This document shows, in pieces, positions 1 to 8,800 of a DNA stretch of 54,268 nt. Origin of the DNA: Paludibacteraceae bacterium (GTDB lineage: Bacteria; Bacteroidota; Bacteroidia; Bacteroidales; Paludibacteraceae). Position numbers and translations under genes: made by a program. Location of the stretch: positions 1-54,268 of the forward strand of contig JAGCSQ010000010.1 in the NCBI GenBank assembly GCA_017964045.1. The letters are read 5' to 3'. A model generated the notes under the pieces. The model was not told the origin of the DNA. It did no database searches and saw only the letters and a program-made list of their open reading frames with translations. The number at the start of each line of letters is the position of its first letter. Positions within the stretch are counted from its first letter, which is position 1.

Positions 1-776
1 CCGCTATGGTTGAGACTATCGTCGTTGACAGAGAGCGTGATACCGCTGTCTGCCAATAGCCTGATACGGCTGAAGTAGTTCTCGCTATAATGTTTGTCTG
101 TTCTTGGACGCAGACGCATCTCGACAGACTCCGTTCCACTCAGTTCTGCCACCTGTCCCATTGGACCGTACATGCCGTCATCACGGCGCATTGAGCGTGG
201 TCCATAAACGAGCGAACGACGTGGTCCGCCATTGACGGATTGAATGACTCCATCAATAAGTAGGCGCTGCTCCAGTGTTCTCGTCGGAATAGTTTGATGC
301 AGCGGAATCAGTCCGTAGCCGTTACCTCCATATTCTGCCTGCAGACTGCGCCTCAGGCGATAACTGATACGGTCTTCTTCAATCTGGCTGTCGCCATAAT
401 GCACTACTCTTACAGATGTTCTATTTGCACTCTGCAAGGCAGTATAAAAAGAACTTAATAAGGTTTGTTGCGAATTGTCAGTTTGCCTGAGGTTAGCCTG
501 AGGTTGACCTGATGTTAGGCTGTCCCTGATAACCGGCTGAACTGCTGTCTTTTCGGATATTGTATCCACAACTGAAGTGTCCGGCTCAAGAATCAATTCA
601 GCGTATTCAGGCGTCTCCTTGTCATTAAGGTGCAAGGCCTGACTGAGCGTCTGAAACCTTAGTGGCATGTCACCTATATATATATTATTCTCCGGCCAAA
701 GCCAGCAAACAAGGCCGAGCAAGCCTATGCTCAGCCAGATGAAAACGGCTATATGTGCGGGACGAAGCGGTTTCAC
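1..776 (-). CDS. SGNH/GDSL-like hydrolase family protein, N-terminal part (gene runs off the left edge)
   Basis: Absent from the ORF track because it is open to the window edge. Hand translation of the minus strand from GTG 776-774 gives VKPLRPAHIAVFIWLSIGLLGLVCWLWPENNIYIGDMPLRFQ...RVVHYGDSQIEEDRISYRLR. That is a hydrophobic N-terminal anchor followed by a GDS block like SGNH block I. An in-frame TAA (785-783, also the trkH stop) lies 2 codons upstream, so the start is GTG 776 or ATG 668. Confidence 0.5.
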   Translation of the reverse strand, partial: MKPLRPAHIAVFIWLSIGLLGLVCWLWPENNIYIGDMPLRFQTLSQALHLNDKETPEYAELILEPDTSVVDTISEKTAVQPVIRDSLTSGQPQANLRQTDNSQQTLLSSFYTALQSANRTSVRVVHYGDSQIEEDRISYRLRRSLQAEYGGNGYGLIPLHQTIPTRTLEQRLLIDGVIQSVNGGPRRSLVYGPRSMRRDDGMYGPMGQVAELSGTESVEMRLRPRTDKHYSENYFSRIRLLADSGITLSVNDDSLNHS

Positions 777-782
777 GAGATG

Positions 783-2282
783 TTATTTTTTCCAGAGAGC
801 CGGGGTGAAAAGCAGCAATACCGTGAATATCTCCAAACGACCGATAAGCATCACTACGGTCATCCACCACTTGGCAACAACCGGAAAATTGGCATAAGAA
901 CCACTTGGGCCGAATTGACCGATACTTACGCCTACATTACCTATCGCACTGACGGCTGTTCCGATGGATTCATCAAAGTCAACGCCGCACCCGCAGAAAA
1001 TAAGAACTGTAATGATGACAATAACAAGATAGAGCATCATAAATGCCATAAGGTTGCCTATGGTGTTGTGCTGGACAGGTTTGCCGTTTAATTTTACGGG
1101 TACTACTGCATTAGGGTGAATACGGCGTTTGAACTCAGTTATTCCGGCTTTTGCAAATAGCAGGATGCGTACCCACTTGATACCTCCTGATGTACTGCCT
1201 GATGAGGCTCCTGTGAACATCATAAAGAATACCATTACCCATAGTAGGCTTGGCCATGTCATATAGTCTGAAGCTGCATAACCTGTTGAGGTCATGGCGC
1301 TTGTTACCATGAAGAAACCTTTGCGCAGAGCACGTTCGGCGTGGCTTAATCCCTCACTGAATGTATTAACGTGCCATTGACCGTCAATTAAGCCATAGTG
1401 CACAAACAAGCAGAGTGATAGGACAGCTGTGCAGATAGCTAAGGCGGATAAGTACCATCGGGTCTCTTCTTCTCTGAACAACTTCTCCGGTCTGCCTCGG
1501 AAACTAAATATTAGTAGGGCGAAGTTTAAACCGGACAACATCATGAAAATGGCTATTGTCCATTGAATGATAGCACTGTATTCGATGATGCTCAGATTCT
1601 TTGTTGAGAATCCACCGGTGGCAATTGTGCATAACGAGTGGCAGACACTGTCAAAGATAGGCATCCCCTCTATATTAAGCAATACCACTTCTATACCGGT
1701 TAAAAGAATGTAGGTTATCCATAGGTGTTTTGCCGTGTCTGCAATACGCGGACTTAGTTTTTCGTAACTCAATCCCGTTACTTCTGCTGCATATAACTGC
1801 ATCCCTCCCAAGCCAAACATCGGCAAGATGGCAATACTTAGTACTATAATTCCCATACCACCAAGCCATTGCGTCATTGAACGCCAGAAAAGAGCACCGT
1901 GACTCAAACTCTCTATATCATTAAGAATAGTGGCTCCGGTAGTGGTGAATCCTGACATAGTTTCAAACCAAGCATCCGTGAGATTCGGAATCATTCCGCT
2001 CAGGTAATATGGCAGTAGTCCGAATACCGAGAACACTATCCACACAAATGCTACAATAACGTATCCCTCGCGTTCGCCTACATGCTTAGGGGCGTTGCTG
2101 CCGATGCTGAGTCCTATACATCCGGCCAGAAAGGTTATCAGCGTTGAGGTGATGAACGAACCTAAGTCCACATCATCATACCACCAGCTGACCGCCGTTG
2201 CCATAGCCATGAACACCGATTCTATCAGAAGCAGTGCACCCAACGTGCGGAATACTATCTTTGAATTAAATACTCGTGTCAT
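783..2282 (-). CDS. trkH: Trk-type potassium uptake membrane subunit TrkH
   Basis: 499-aa polytopic membrane protein with four selectivity-filter-like glycine motifs (MSGFTTTGATIL, IATGGFSTKN, TSTGYAASD, SAIGNVGVSIG). ATG start; 3-nt gap after trkA. Confidence 0.9.
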   Translation of the reverse strand: MTRVFNSKIVFRTLGALLLIESVFMAMATAVSWWYDDVDLGSFITSTLITFLAGCIGLSIGSNAPKHVGEREGYVIVAFVWIVFSVFGLLPYYLSGMIPNLTDAWFETMSGFTTTGATILNDIESLSHGALFWRSMTQWLGGMGIIVLSIAILPMFGLGGMQLYAAEVTGLSYEKLSPRIADTAKHLWITYILLTGIEVVLLNIEGMPIFDSVCHSLCTIATGGFSTKNLSIIEYSAIIQWTIAIFMMLSGLNFALLIFSFRGRPEKLFREEETRWYLSALAICTAVLSLCLFVHYGLIDGQWHVNTFSEGLSHAERALRKGFFMVTSAMTSTGYAASDYMTWPSLLWVMVFFMMFTGASSGSTSGGIKWVRILLFAKAGITEFKRRIHPNAVVPVKLNGKPVQHNTIGNLMAFMMLYLVIVIITVLIFCGCGVDFDESIGTAVSAIGNVGVSIGQFGPSGSYANFPVVAKWWMTVVMLIGRLEIFTVLLLFTPALWKK

Positions 2283-2285
2283 AAC

Positions 2286-3617
2286 TTAAAAGAACTTCTC
2301 CAACTTACGGATTGCATGGTTCTTGCAGAAGACAACAACTTTGTCACCAGGCAGAATCTCTGTCTCGCCATTAACCAATATACCTTCGCCTGCACGTACG
2401 ATTCCGCCAATGTTAGAATCCTCCGGCAGACGGATATTACGAATCTTGTCCTTGATAATCTTACTGTCCTCAGTGGCCATAAATTCAACCATCTCGGCAT
2501 CAGCGCTGGTCAGGTTCTTGACGTTCAGCACACTGGCATTGAGCAGCATCTGGTAGATGTAGCTGGCGGTGATTGTCTTCTTGTTGAGCACAGTGCCTAT
2601 ATCCAGACCTTCAGCCATCGGTATATAGTCTATGTTCTCTACCTCAGCGATGGTTTTTCTTACACCAAATCGCTTGGCCGCCAGGCAAGCAAAGATATTC
2701 GCCTCACTGCTGTCTGTAACCGCTACAAAGGCGTCTGCATCCTGTATGCCTTCTTCCTTAAGTATGTCCATGTCACTACCATCAGCATTGATAATCAATG
2801 CATTACTCAGCTTTTCGCTCAGATGAACACATAGGTCGCGATTTGGTTCGATAACCTTGATATTCATATCATCCGGCACCGATTGAACGGCCTTTTCCGT
2901 AACGCGTCCGCCACCGAAGAAAATGACGTTCTTAATCTCACGCTTAGGCTTACCCAATTGCTCTCGCATAAAGTCCATATTCTCCTTGGTGCAGACTACA
3001 TACACCATATCACCAAGCAGTACGGCGTCCGTGCCCTTGGGGATAATAGTCTCGTTGCCACGCTTGATGGCTACGATGCGATAACGTCCGTGGTTGTAAT
3101 AGCCGCTCAGGAACTGTTTGCCTATATTATCTGCCGTCTCACGTATCTTTACAACGCACAGTTCCAGTGCTCCGTCGCACATGGGTACGTGATATCGCAT
3201 CCAGTTGGTGCGCAGTGCTTCTACGATTTCACGCGCAGCCAGCACTTCAGGATAGATGAGGTGGTTAAGACCCATTTCCTCAAAGAACTTCCTGTTCTCA
3301 GGCAGCAGATACTCGTAGTTATCTATACGAGCCAAGGTCTTCTTGGCCCCTAACTGGTTGGCTATCAGGCAGGCAGTCATGTTCTCCGTTTCATGCGGAG
3401 TAACTGCAATGAATAGGTCCACATCCTTGACACCTATATCACGTAGGTCATGAATACTGGTCGGACTGCCCACCTTGGTGAGCATATCGTAGTTGACGTC
3501 TAACTCGCCCAGTCGCTCCGGACTTTCGTCCAGCAGACTGATTTCCATGTTCTCGCGAGAGAGTAACTTAGCCAGGTGAGTGCCTACTTCTCCGGCACCT
3601 GCAATAATGATTCGCAT
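2286..3617 (-). CDS. trkA: Trk system potassium uptake protein TrkA (tandem RCK, NAD-binding)
   Basis: 443 aa with two Rossmann GxGxxG repeats (MRIIIAGAGEVGTHLAKLL and VIFFGGGRVTEKAV), each followed by an RCK_C-like segment. Lies immediately upstream of trkH. Confidence 0.92.
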   Translation of the reverse strand: MRIIIAGAGEVGTHLAKLLSRENMEISLLDESPERLGELDVNYDMLTKVGSPTSIHDLRDIGVKDVDLFIAVTPHETENMTACLIANQLGAKKTLARIDNYEYLLPENRKFFEEMGLNHLIYPEVLAAREIVEALRTNWMRYHVPMCDGALELCVVKIRETADNIGKQFLSGYYNHGRYRIVAIKRGNETIIPKGTDAVLLGDMVYVVCTKENMDFMREQLGKPKREIKNVIFFGGGRVTEKAVQSVPDDMNIKVIEPNRDLCVHLSEKLSNALIINADGSDMDILKEEGIQDADAFVAVTDSSEANIFACLAAKRFGVRKTIAEVENIDYIPMAEGLDIGTVLNKKTITASYIYQMLLNASVLNVKNLTSADAEMVEFMATEDSKIIKDKIRNIRLPEDSNIGGIVRAGEGILVNGETEILPGDKVVVFCKNHAIRKLEKFF

Positions 3618-5515
3618 ATTCCTTCTTTATCTAATCGCAGCATGTGGTAAAGTTCCTTCGTGCTGCCGTGTTCTACAAATTGATCATTTATGCCCAGTCG
3701 TATCACGCGGGCTTTATATCCTTTGTCGGCAAAGTGTTCCGTGACTGCACTGCCCAGTCCGCCGTTGATGACACCATCTTCGATGGTGATAACGGTCTTA
3801 TACGTACGTCCCACTTCGTCCAAGACATCCGTATCTATAGGCTTGAGCCACTGCATGTCATAGTGTGCAATACTTAAATCTGCATTCTTCAATCTCAAAT
3901 CTTCAATGGCTTCCGCCACTGTATTTCCGATTGCTCCTATGCTCAGCACGGCTATATCCTTTCCGTCTCTTAACTTAACTGCCTTACCAATCTCAATCGG
4001 ACTTGTCCGATCCGTTTGACTGGTTTGACTTGTTCGTCCACGCGGGTACCTAATAGCTATCGGCCCGTCCACGCTCTGTGCCAGCGTCAGCATATCCTGT
4101 AGGTCATTAGCCGTGCGCGGTGCGCCTATAATCATATTAGGTATGGGGCGCAGATACGCCAGGTCAAAGAGGCCGTGGTGCGTAGCACCATCATTACCCA
4201 CAATGCCTGCTCTGTCAATACACAGCACTACGTGCAATTTAGGTAGTGCCACATCATGAATAATGTTGTCGTAGCCGCGCTGCAGGAACGAAGAATATAT
4301 ATTGCAATAGGGTATAAGTCCTTCTTTCGCCAGTCCGGCACTGAAGGTTACGGCATGTCCTTCGGCTATGCCTACGTCAAACACACGCTTTGGCAGTTCT
4401 TTCTGCATGATACTCATAGAGCATCCCGACGGCATAGCTGGCGTTATGCCTACTATCTTGTCGTTCTTTTTTGCCAATTCTAACAACGTTTCGCCAAATA
4501 CATCTTGCCATAACTGCGGAACTTGTATCCCGTTCCCCGTAACATGTAACCGCTCACCGGAGGCAACACTAAACTCTCCAGGTGCATGCCATGTTGTTTG
4601 GTCGTGCTCCGCAGGAGCATATCCCTTGCCTTTCTTGGTAATCAGGTGTAAAACCTTTGGACCCTTGTGGTCCTTGATTTCGCTCAATATACGTACCAGT
4701 TCCAGCACGTTATGTCCGTCTGTCGGACCAAAATAGCGGAGGTTCAGTCCCTGGAATATATTATCCGGCTGCTTGGTTAGCATTGCCTTTAGCGAGTTGG
4801 TGAACCTGCGCATGCGGGCTGTCTTCTTATCGTTGATGATACCCAATTTCACCATCAGCAAGTACATCTTCCAACGCCACTTATTATACGTTCGGCTGGT
4901 GGTTAAATCCACCAGATACTGTGTAAATCCGCCACGTATTGGGTCTATGGCCATGTGGTTGTCGTTCAGTATTATCAGCAGGTTGTTCCTGTCCATCGAG
5001 GTATTGTTCAGTCCCTCAAAAGCCAGTCCGCCTGTCATGGCTCCGTCGCCGATAATAGCCACCACATTCCTTTCTATATGCTGCATGCTACCCGCAATCT
5101 CTATGCCTAATGCGGCACTGATGCTATTGCTGGCATGACCTGCCACAAAGGCGTCATACTCGCTCTCTGTGGGAGTGGGGAAGGGGGCCAGACCCTTGAA
5201 TTGACGGTTTGTTGAGAACCTGTCGCGTCTGCCTGTCAATATCTTATGGGCATATGCCTGATGGCCTACGTCCCACACAAGCTTATCCTTGGGTGCATCA
5301 AATACGTAATGAAGCGCTACAGTAAGCTCTATCGTACCCAGCGACGAAGCTAAATGCCCGGGATTATGACTGAGCTCCTGAATAATAAAGTCCCTGAGTT
5401 CAGCGCACAGTTGCGGCAACTCTTCCTTGCGTAGTTTCTTCAAGTCCGCCGGACTGTCAATATGTGACAAATACTTATATTCCACAATTGCGCATTCTAT
5501 TGCATTATAATTCAA
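3584..5515 (-). CDS. dxs: 1-deoxy-D-xylulose-5-phosphate synthase
   Basis: Transketolase-like protein with GHQAYAHKILTGRR, the thiamine-PP motif IIGDGAMTGGLAFEGLNN and a C-terminal pyrimidine-binding/transketolase C region. The track start 5515 is TTG. An in-frame GTG at 5485 (giving MEYKYLSHIDSPADLKKL) is equally plausible. The 3' end overlaps the trkA start by 34 nt. Confidence 0.9.
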   Translation of the reverse strand: MNYNAIECAIVEYKYLSHIDSPADLKKLRKEELPQLCAELRDFIIQELSHNPGHLASSLGTIELTVALHYVFDAPKDKLVWDVGHQAYAHKILTGRRDRFSTNRQFKGLAPFPTPTESEYDAFVAGHASNSISAALGIEIAGSMQHIERNVVAIIGDGAMTGGLAFEGLNNTSMDRNNLLIILNDNHMAIDPIRGGFTQYLVDLTTSRTYNKWRWKMYLLMVKLGIINDKKTARMRRFTNSLKAMLTKQPDNIFQGLNLRYFGPTDGHNVLELVRILSEIKDHKGPKVLHLITKKGKGYAPAEHDQTTWHAPGEFSVASGERLHVTGNGIQVPQLWQDVFGETLLELAKKNDKIVGITPAMPSGCSMSIMQKELPKRVFDVGIAEGHAVTFSAGLAKEGLIPYCNIYSSFLQRGYDNIIHDVALPKLHVVLCIDRAGIVGNDGATHHGLFDLAYLRPIPNMIIGAPRTANDLQDMLTLAQSVDGPIAIRYPRGRTSQTSQTDRTSPIEIGKAVKLRDGKDIAVLSIGAIGNTVAEAIEDLRLKNADLSIAHYDMQWLKPIDTDVLDEVGRTYKTVITIEDGVINGGLGSAVTEHFADKGYKARVIRLGINDQFVEHGSTKELYHMLRLDKEGICESLLQVPEK

Positions 5516-5519
5516 CCTG

Positions 5520-5527
5520 CAAAAGTA
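5520..5527 (-). promoter_or_regulatory. Bacteroidota -7 promoter box TACTTTTG facing dxs
   Basis: The minus strand reads AGCAGTACTTTTGCAGG, then TTG at 5515. It matches the TAnnTTTG consensus of Bacteroidota primary-sigma promoters. Confidence 0.5.
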
Positions 5528-5631
5528 CTGCTAATTTTGCATTTATGCAAATTTATTTGCTTTTCGGCATCGTTTTATTACGTCAGCATGCAATTTTTAC
5601 ACATTTCGGTATTCTTTTTTCCACAAAAATC

Positions 5632-5675
5632 CGCTACCCTTGCGCTACCCTTGCGCTACCCTTGGGCTATTTTTG
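5632..5675. repeat. 11-bp tandem repeat: CGCTACCCTTG x3 plus one degenerate unit GGCTATTTTTG
   Basis: Direct reading gives perfect units at 5632-5642, 5643-5653 and 5654-5664, and a degenerate unit at 5665-5675. It sits in the dxs / giant-protein divergent intergenic region. Confidence 0.9.
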
Positions 5676-5819
5676 GGCAGAGTTTATATCTCTTTGAAGA
5701 TTTTTATGCTGTACAACATATAAATGTCATTTTTACCTAAAAATAGCCAAAAAACTAACTTTTTTCTATAAAAATGCATTTTTTTTGTACAAAATGTTGT
5801 GTATATGAAAAAAAAGCAG

Positions 5820-5827
5820 TACTTTTG
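5820..5827 (+). promoter_or_regulatory. Bacteroidota -7 promoter box TACTTTTG for the 5892 operon
   Basis: AGCAGTACTTTTGCCG on the plus strand. A TTG at 5797-5799 lies 20 nt upstream (-33-like). The box is 64 nt upstream of the ATG at 5892. Confidence 0.55.
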
Positions 5828-5891
5828 CCGCAATTTTCGTGTATATGCGTACGCGAACATATATATAAATTGAATATTAAGGTACAAAAAT

Positions 5892-8800
5892 ATGAAGAAT
5901 ATCTACGCTGTTTTATTATCTCTTTTCGCCGGTGCATGCATCTCCGGCGCGGTTGCACAAACTGTGTCTCTGCCAAATCAAATGAGCTTTGAAGAGGCTG
6001 ATTCAGTTGAACTGCGAAATAAATGGACTCTTAACCCTGGAGCTGATGCTCCGCTGTGCAAAGACCAATGGATTATTGGCCGTTCTGAGCATAGTGCCGG
6101 TCGTCAGGCTCTATATATATCCAATAATGGTTCAGACGCTTGGTTTGATACCGTTCCTTGTGTACAGTATGCATACATGGATATCCAACTGCCCGCAGGT
6201 ACCAGGGTTGACTTGAGCTTTGATTGGAAGTGTATTGGTGCGTCCGGTAATACTCCAGCGTCGTTGTACGTCGGTTGGAACACTCCGCAAAACCTTCAGG
6301 TTGATGCTATCAATCGTTCTGCTGCTGTGCCCGGCACTATCCTTAATCGTTTGACATGGTTGAAAGCTGCTAATGGTCAGGAAGAGTGGACAAACTATAT
6401 CAATACGTTTAATGCTCCGGCTGACGGACGTACTATGCGTCTTGTTTTTGCATGGGTAAATGCTAATACTGACCCCGATGCTCGTACTATAGGTGCTTGC
6501 ATTGATAATCTTGTCATCACAAATAGTAACTGCAAGCGTCCGTACGATATCGCTGCAGAAGTTGTTACATGTGACAGCGTACTTGTATCTTGGTCTGGTA
6601 CATCCGCCAGCTACGAACTGGCTTTCCGTGCCGCAGGTTCTGATGTGTGGAGTTCGTATCGTAACATAGAGCCGTCTATCACTGATGCCACCAAAGCCTC
6701 ATTCCACCTGGTAAATATGTCAGAGGGTAGCTACGACTTCCGCGTTCGCGGTATCTGTACTCCTGATACCAGCGCTTGGTCATACTACAACGGCTTTGTT
6801 GTTTTCTGTCCGGAAACTCACTGCGTCAATTTTACTGACCTCTATGCTCCTACTGTAACATGTACTTACGGTACAACCACTTATGGCGGACAATGCTATA
6901 ACGACCCTGCTAACCGTGCTCATGCTTATGATAATATAGGTGTGGTTGATTACGGATCTGATGCTAAGCTGTCGCGTCATACTGTCAACTGGGATAAGAT
7001 GGCTACTGACCCGCGTACGGGTGGAGACCTGCCGCTGATACCTAAGAACGGCTATGCTTCCGTTCGTCTTGGTAACTGGGAGTGGGGTAATGGCGCAGAG
7101 TCCATCACGTACGACTACCTCGTTGACGAAACCAGCGGTGTGCTGCTCATGCAATATGCCGTTGTGCTTGAATATCCTTCCAGTCACGATGATGAGGAGA
7201 TGCCTCGCTTCGTGCTTGAGATACTTGATGAGGATGGTAATCTGTTGGACCCCTCCTGCGGCGTACGTAACTTCTTTGCTAAACAGGCAGATGGTGTTAA
7301 CTGGAAATCTTATGGTTCAGGTGGCTACTATGGCGAGCAGGTTGTATATAAACCTTGGACCACTATCGGTCTTAACCTCAAGGAGATGGGTATTGCTGAC
7401 GGTACGCACATTAAGGTTCGTCTGACTACCTACGACTGCTTCTTGTCCGGTCACTATGGATATGCTTACTTTACGCTCGACTGCGTGAAGGCTACCATCG
7501 AGTCTGCTTCTTGCGCTAAGGACGAAACCCTTACTATGCACCTTGTGGCTCCTGAAGGATTTAAGTATCAGTGGTATAAACCGGATGGTACGGCTATCCC
7601 GGGTGAGACAACTCGTGAGTATTCACCGCTGGATACACTTACGTATCGTTGCCGTCTGACATCTACGGAGAATGCAGACTGCTATTTCGACCTCTACTCG
7701 GCATGCGTTCCGCGTCTGCCGGTGCCGAACTTTACTGCTAAACTTGCCGGTAAAGACTGCCGCAATCGTATGAACATCACCAATAAGAGCTATGTCAAGG
7801 TCGTTCAACGTGATACAACTATTATTTACTATAACGAGCATCCTGATAGCTACCTCTGGGAAACATGGGGAACTCTCTCCGACGGAACTCACTTTGTTTC
7901 GCTCACCAGCGACCGTGATAATCCTATATTCGATTATCCCGACGAGGGCGGTGACTTCTGGATTAAGCTTACTGCTTATCTGCATGGTACATGCGAGGAG
8001 TCGGATTCTACTCTGATACATATCAAGCCCATTGGTGACTATGGACCGTTTGAGCGCGATACGACTCTCTGCTTCCCATCCGGTTCTACGCAAAAGAGCG
8101 TATGGCTTGAGGAGCAGGAGATTAAGGTGTCAGGTAAATACACTACTATATATAAGACTGTTGCAGGTTGCGATAGTACTATCATATGGAATGTATCACT
8201 TGGCTCTGATACCGTTACCCAACTCACAGATACCACTATCTGCTATGGCGAAACGCTTTGTGTTGGTGAAACATGCATTGGTCCCGGTAACCCGCTTTAT
8301 CGTACAGGTATGTGGCAATGGAAGGGCAAAACGCGCGCTTCGTGCGAGTGCGATAGTATTATCATGCGTAAGGTTACTCTGCGCGAGGAAATGAAGCCGA
8401 CACTTGTTATTGACAGTATTAACCAGAAACTCAATAAGTTCTATGCAACCATCACTATTGGTGGCGAAGGCTTTACCGGTTATACCGTCAACTACCGTCG
8501 CGGTGAGAACAAACGCGAGGTAACAGAGACGCATTCAGCTGCTGATACGCAGATTGACTCACTCAATACAGGTAAGGTAACATTTGTATTCCGCAACGAC
8601 TATGGTTGCGAACTTGAGCAAATCGTTATCTTGGGCGGTTCGTGCCTTAAGATGTCGCTCTTGGAGCAACAACAATGCCTGTGTGGTAAGTCTGTCATAA
8701 GGTACGAACTGAAGATAGATTCAGGTATTCCTACACGCTATCGTATTGACTTTGGCGCTCTTGCTCTGGCTCAGCAATTTGTAAACACAGGTTGGGTTAA

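Noticed and set aside
3584-3617. The 34-nt overlap between the dxs 3' end and the trkA start as a possible annotation error or frameshift.
   Set aside because: The TrkA N-terminus MRIIIAGAGEVG is the canonical Rossmann start, and the Dxs C-terminus reads through normally. This is an ordinary same-strand overlap consistent with translational coupling.
5519-5828. A 14-bp perfect inverted repeat (GCAAAAGTACTGCT at 5519-5532 and AGCAGTACTTTTGC at 5815-5828) flanks ~280 bp of promoter DNA. This looks like a Bacteroidales invertible promoter (inverton) controlling the giant surface-protein operon.
   Set aside because: Each arm is itself an outward-facing -7 promoter box, so inversion would regenerate the same arrangement and switch nothing. 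A third copy of the same 14-mer at ybeY shows it is a promoter motif rather than a recombinase site. No site-specific recombinase gene is present in the window.
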